A stretch of 64,000 nucleotides of DNA, taken from NCBI RefSeq assembly GCF_009914755.1, contig NC_060947.1. One strand, written 5' to 3'. The DNA comes from the human T2T-CHM13v2.0 reference genome, Homo sapiens. The position numbers and the translations under genes were made by a program. Position 1 is the stretch's first letter, and each line of letters opens with the position of its first letter. Shown here one piece after another: positions 37,577 through 64,000 of the stretch. The notes below the pieces were generated by a model. The model had not been told where the DNA came from. It ran no database searches and saw only the letters and a list, made by a program, of their open reading frames with translations.

Positions 37577-38027
37577 GTGAATATTGAAGACACTAACCCA
37601 GGCTAGGCCAGGCTCGCCCCGCAGCTACGGCGGTGGCATGCGTCTGCGGCGTCATCTCAGCTCCCTGTTGCTGGCGGCCGCTTGTGACCTAACCGCAGGC
37701 GCCTGTGTGCAACGTGGTGGGGCTCCCGGCAGGGCTCGGCTCTGCCCAAGAGGCCCGCCCTGGGGCTGCGCCGAGCCGCTTTGCCAAGGGGTTTCCTTCT
37801 CACTCAGACGCATGATGGCCCCAGGTGTGGCCGCGGGAGCCGAGGGATGGACGGGCTGGACCTGGCTCGCCGTAGGAGACGCCCCCCACCCCTGGGCTGG
37901 AGTCCAGCCAGGCCGCTGATCCTGCATCCCCAGACCATGGGGCCTCCAAACACCTTCCCAGCTCCTGTCCCACGTGTCCGGCCAGGCTCAGGAACCGGGC
38001 TCAGCTGCACTTTCCTCTTCCCCGCAG

Positions 38028-38963
38028 GCTGTGAAGCTACGGGAACAGGAGCAGAAGGAGGAGAAGCTGAGGCTCCAGCAGCAGGAGGAGCGGCGGCGGC
38101 TGCAGGAGGCCGAGCTGCGGCGCGTGGAGGAGGAGAAGGAGCGCGCGCTGGGCCTGCAGCGGAAAGAGCGGGAGCTGCGCGAGCGGCTGCTGAGCATCCT
38201 GCTGAGCAAGAAGCCGGACGACAGCCACACACACGACGAGCTGGGCGTGGCACACGCCGACCTGCTGCAGCCCGTCCTGGACATCCTGCAGACCGTGTCG
38301 TCCGGCTGTGTGAGCGCCACCACGCTGCACCCCCTCGGGGGCCAGCCCCCGGCCGGTGCCCCCAAGGAGAGCGCGGCCCACCCAGAGGCCGACGGCGCTC
38401 CCAAAAGCGTGAACGGGAGCGTGGCCGAGGAGGCCCCATGCAAGGAGGTTCAGAGCTCCTGTCGTGTGGTCCCCGAGGATGGCTCTCCAGAGAAGAGGTG
38501 CCCGGGCGGCGTCCTCTCCTGCATTCCTGACAACAACCAACAGCCCAAGGGCATCCCTGCCTGCGAGCAGAATGTCTCCAGAAAGGACACCCGGTCAGAA
38601 CAGGACAAGTGCAACCGGGAGCCCAGCAAGGGCCGGGGCCGGGCCACCGGAGACGGGCTTGCTGACCGGCACAAGCGGGAGAGGAGCCGGGCCAGGCGGG
38701 CCAGCAGCAGGGAGGACGGGAGGCCACGCAAGGAGCGGCGGCCCCACAAGAAGCACGCCTACAAGGATGACAGCCCCCGCCGGCGCAGCACGAGCCCGGA
38801 CCACACCCGGTCCCGGAGGTCCCACAGCAAAGACAGGCACCGGAGGGAGCGGAGCCGGGAGCGGAGGGGCAGCGCCAGCAGGAAGCACAGCCGCCACCGC
38901 CGCCGAAGCGAGCGGTCGCGCTCCCGGTCCCCGAGCAGGCACCGCAGTACCTGGAACAGGTAA
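38028..38963 (+). CDS. AKAP17A: AKAP17A exon 5 coding part (aa 385-695), ending in an Arg/Ser-rich (RS) domain
   Basis: Acceptor TTTCCTCTTCCCCGCAG|GCT; ends RSRSRSPSRHRSTWNR*; spliced CDS 762+149+241+936 nt = 695 aa plus stop. Confidence 0.97.
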   Translation, partial: AVKLREQEQKEEKLRLQQQEERRRLQEAELRRVEEEKERALGLQRKERELRERLLSILLSKKPDDSHTHDELGVAHADLLQPVLDILQTVSSGCVSATTLHPLGGQPPAGAPKESAAHPEADGAPKSVNGSVAEEAPCKEVQSSCRVVPEDGSPEKRCPGGVLSCIPDNNQQPKGIPACEQNVSRKDTRSEQDKCNREPSKGRGRATGDGLADRHKRERSRARRASSREDGRPRKERRPHKKHAYKDDSPRRRSTSPDHTRSRRSHSKDRHRRERSRERRGSASRKHSRHRRRSERSRSRSPSRHRSTWNR

Positions 38964-39861
38964 TGACGGGCACGGCCTCCCCACGGCCTGTCCGGGAAAG
39001 ACCAGGACCTGCTCGAGCCTCCTGGCCGCTCCTTGGCCGCTCTCCGTCCACCCCTGCAAAGCCAAGACCCTTCTGCAGCCACGAATGTCCACGGAGCCCG
39101 CCGGCAGGAAGGAAGACACCATGCTTTAGAGATCCATCTTTCTCCACTCACCGCAGCGTACTTGGCACTTCAGTTTCAAACACGTAGTCCTTTAAAACTT
39201 GATCCGATAGCTTTAATGCGGCCGGTCCTCTCTCAGTCAGGAAAATTGCACAGACCGACAGTCGTGAGGATGGCAGAGCTGCTGCATTCCCCCACATGGG
39301 GATTTCTGTGTCTGCTTGGCGACCTCCCTGCGTGCACGGCCTAGGAGGTGCACGGGCCACCATAGTCACACTGGCACTGAAAAGAAAGCGTTGCCCTGGT
39401 GATTCTTTCCCCCCCGTTTGTAATGTTAACTGATCAGGAAGTGCAGTTTGGGTGGGATGCCGAATCGTCGTGCTGACATTGAGTCACGGATGAGGAAGGT
39501 ACAAGTCCTTTAAGATCAAAACTCAAACGGGCCGTTCTTTCTAAGGTGTCGGTATGTGGGGAGTGGTACAAAATGGTCTGATGCTCCTTCAAAAACATTC
39601 ACTTTTTACAACGTCAAGGAATTAAGCATAAAAAAGATTGGTTAAAAGCTTTGGTTTCTAGTAAAGGTTAGTGTGTGTGGTTTTTTTAAGAAGCTGTTTT
39701 GCTAAATTATTTTTACTTGGAATGTTTCAAACAGATTTCAGGCTGCAAACTTGTTTTATAATCGTTTGCTTCTCCAAGTGAAGCTCAGAAATACCTAAAA
39801 ATAGCTGTAACGTTCGCGTTAGGAAAGATGGTGTTTATTCCAGTTTGCATTTTTATGGTGA

Positions 39862-39867
39862 AATAAA
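39862..39867 (+). terminator. AKAP17A: AKAP17A polyadenylation signal (3' UTR ~38964-39885)
   Basis: AATAAA followed ~40 nt later by the U/GU-rich TTTTTGTGTTTTTATGTT. Confidence 0.8.
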
Positions 39868-40178
39868 ATCCTTTTCCAATGAACTAAAATTTTTCACGCT
39901 TACGATTTTTGTGTTTTTATGTTCCTTGGACTGCATTATTCAGCTGAGGCTAGCCAAGTGTGCGTGAAACCAGTAGAGATCGTTCGCTTTTCCTAGAACT
40001 GCTGATTCAACGATGACATATCCCACAGCTCTCCCGCAGCTGTACGGTAGTAACCTTCTGAGAGGAGAATCCTGGCTCTTAAGAGGCATCTGATTTGTTT
40101 GCTGAGAACATAAACTTAGCCAAATTCCCAAAACCAATCTTTTTTAAAGCCAAGGAGCTGTTTTTAAAGCAAATTTAA

Positions 40179-46021
<5,843 letters not shown>

Positions 46022-46184
46022 TCAGCTCATGCCTCTGCTCCTGGTGAAAAACTTTTCCCATCACTCCGTCCCGTCCCCTCTCTGCAGCAAATGACTCTTG
46101 TCCAGGCTGCCAGAGACCACCGAGGCACTCGGTCCGGAAGCCCATCTGTGCCAGGGTCATTGGGAGGTAAAGGCAACAGGCTTT

Positions 46185-47915
<1,731 letters not shown>

Positions 47916-48108
47916 CAGCCCGTCCCACTCACCCAAGTTATACAAAAGCTCCTGGGCTTTCCGGCCAACTCTGTGTCCCAAACATCCCATCCCCAAAATG
48001 GCAGCTTCTGACTGTGTCCAGACCATGCAGGCCTCTCCTGAAACCGTCCTGCCAGACGCTGTCTCAAGGTGGTGAGGGGTTCCGTGCAATGTCCCTGAGG
48101 GCTTTTAA

Positions 48109-52030
<3,922 letters not shown>

Positions 52031-52139
52031 CTGCTGGCATCTTGATGTTGAACTTCCAGCCTCCAGAAGTGTGAGAGAACTGGTTTCTTGAGCCACCCAG
52101 TTTGCAGAAATTCGCACGACCCCCAGAAATGAATGCAGG

Positions 52140-52400
52140 ACCTGCTCAATCCATAAGACGATTAATGAGTGCTAATGATGGGTGAGCATATTGGTTTGGG
52201 ATCAGTTCTACAGCTGATGAGTCAAGGGCTCGGGGGGGCCTGATGCAGACTATTTTAGGGCTGCGGAGGGGCGCCCAGAAAGCCAGGGAATCGCCACACG
52301 CTTTGTGATCCCCTAATACGATTAATGCAAATTTCTAGAGTGATCCGTCTTTGTTTGAGTACTGGGCAGGCAGCAGGGAGAGTCAGGCAGCAGCTGTGAG
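52140..52400 (+). promoter_or_regulatory. ASMT: ASMT proximal (pineal/retinal) promoter with CRX/OTX-type homeodomain sites
   Basis: ACGATTAATG at 52158 and 52318 (GATTA = TAATC on the - strand); inverted CCAAT (ATTGG) at ~52190; directly upstream of the first coding exon. Confidence 0.7.
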
Positions 52401-52493
52401 CGGGTGGCTCTTCCCCACCTTGCCAGCAGGCTCTGTGCTCCTTGAAGCAAGCGCTCCAGAGGCTCCGGAAGCCACGGCTGGATTGGAGACAAG

Positions 52494-52562
52494 ATGGGAT
52501 CCTCAGAGGACCAGGCCTATCGCCTCCTTAATGACTACGCCAACGGCTTCATGGTGTCCCAG
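52494..52562 (+). CDS. ASMT: ASMT first coding exon (MGSSEDQAYRLLNDYANGFMVSQ)
   Basis: ATG in strong Kozak context AAGATGG; donor CAG|GTAGGA; 69 nt; matches the HIOMT N-terminus. Absent from the ORF track because it is short. Confidence 0.95.
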
Positions 52563-52624
52563 GTAGGATACGCTCTGTGGGACAAGGGGGAATAGACTTC
52601 CGTTCATCACACTCACGTTCCATT

Positions 52625-60310
<7,686 letters not shown>

Positions 60311-60438
60311 AAATAAATGAATAAGAATATAAATAAAACAATGCTTTCCTCCCTAGCCTGCCATGGTATGGGGTGTTTCTAAGACTGTGGTTCCCAGGAG
60401 GCTGAGCCCTGACCTTTTATTTCCGCTCCTGCTCCAAG

Positions 60439-60613
60439 GTTCTCTTCGCCGCCTGCGAGCTGGGCGTGTTTGACCTTCTCGCCGAGGCCCCAGGGCCCCT
60501 GGACGTGGCGGCAGTGGCTGCAGGTGTGAGGGCCAGCGCCCATGGGACAGAGCTCCTGCTGGACATCTGTGTGTCCCTGAAGCTGCTGAAAGTGGAGACG
60601 AGGGGAGGAAAAG
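60439..60613 (+). CDS. ASMT: ASMT coding exon 2 (VLFAACELGVFDLLAEAPGPLDVAAVAA...KVETRGGK; O-methyltransferase dimerisation domain)
   Basis: Acceptor CTCCAAG|GTT; donor AAG|GTGAGG; 175 nt, phase 0 to 1. Confidence 0.96.
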
Positions 60614-60733
60614 GTGAGGACACGGGCGTTTTGAAGGAGGCATTTTACATAGACACCCTCTGCAGCCCACGTGTTCTGTAAAAAGTGAAACAGTCTCCAT
60701 CCTGGCTCACACAGTGAAACCCCGTCTCTACTA

Positions 60734-61057
<324 letters not shown>

Positions 61058-61568
61058 TCATCACGTTGGCCAGGCTGGTCTCGAGCTCCTGACCTCAGGT
61101 GATCCACCAGCCTGGGCCACTTATTTTTAGTAGAGACAGGATTTCGTCACGTTGGCCAGGCCGGTCTCGAGCTCCTGACCTCAGGTGATCCACCCGCCTC
61201 GGCCTCCCTAAGCGCTGAGATTACAGGTGTGAGCCACCACGCCCGGCCTCAATAAGTTATTTTAGACATTCTGTGGAATGTAACGTACGTTTCCTCTCGT
61301 GGCTCATCTGCCTTTGTACTTGCTGCACCCAAACTCCCGATGGGGATTTGTACAAACCGAACCCGACGGGGGTGCTAGCCGCCCCAGGTCACCTTTGCGC
61401 CTTCCACAGAAGGCTCCAGCTGTACAAGGCAAGAGGAAGACCCCATCTCTAAAGAAGAGATGGGCTTGTAATCATGTTGAAATCACGATGTTGTCGAGCT
61501 GGGGAGCGTCCGCCGGCAGGAACTCGGAATCTCACTGCTTTTTCCCTGTTTTTTTGTGTGTGTTTCAG

Positions 61569-61698
61569 CTTTCTATCGAAACACAGAGCTGTCCAGCGAC
61601 TACCTGACCACGGTCAGCCCGACGTCACAATGCAGCATGCTGAAGTACATGGGCAGGACCAGCTACCGGTGCTGGGGCCACCTGGCAGACGCCGTGAG
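61569..61698 (+). CDS. ASMT: ASMT coding exon 3 (AFYRNTELSSDYLTTVSPTSQCSMLKYMGRTSYRCWGHLADAVR); the gene continues beyond the window
   Basis: Acceptor TGTTTCAG|CT; donor GAG|GTGGGG; 130 nt, phase 1 to 2. Confidence 0.95.
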
Positions 61699-62792
<1,094 letters not shown>

Positions 62793-62944
62793 TCAGAAAG
62801 AAGGAAACAGAAAGAGAGAGAGAGGGGAGAAGGAAGGAAGGAAGGGAGGGAGGGAGGGAGGGAGGGAGGGAAAGAAGGGAAATAATGGAAAGTAAGAGAA
62901 AGAAAGAGAAGGAAGGAAAGAAAGAGAGAGAGAGAGAGAAGACC

Positions 62945-64000
<1,056 letters not shown>

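Noticed and set aside
52351-52566. 71-aa ORF over the ASMT first exon
   Set aside because: Wrong frame and a TTG start; the ASMT frame begins at ATG 52494

Overview
Human (or great-ape) genomic DNA, recognisable from its proteins as part of the X/Y pseudoautosomal region PAR1. The first ~28.8 kb are repeat-rich intergenic sequence. The complete AKAP17A (SFRS17A/XE7) gene follows on the + strand: CpG-island promoter, non-coding exon 1, four coding exons that splice to exactly 695 aa, and a poly(A) signal at ~39862. After it come the promoter and first three coding exons of ASMT (acetylserotonin O-methyltransferase/HIOMT, + strand), which continues past the window end. The rest is very dense Alu, L1, MaLR/ERV LTR and DNA-transposon debris plus many unusual tandem repeats. 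Almost all other ORFs in the track are repeat artefacts. I found no new protein-coding system. The most interesting observations are: (i) a 31-bp VNTR that amplifies the ASMT exon-3 splice donor 20 times; (ii) an Alu-tail-born satellite with higher-order structure and an inverted ~1-kb copy inside a MER21 LTR; (iii) a 1.7-kb AAGGG/AGGGG expansion of an Alu tail upstream of AKAP17A; (iv) a predicted NMD poison exon in AKAP17A; (v) an AKAP17A-to-ASMT read-through junction blocked by a single stop codon; (vi) a recurrent regional TAAT>TCAT variant across many Alus. Repeat family names are from memory of consensus sequences, and repeat coordinates are approximate.
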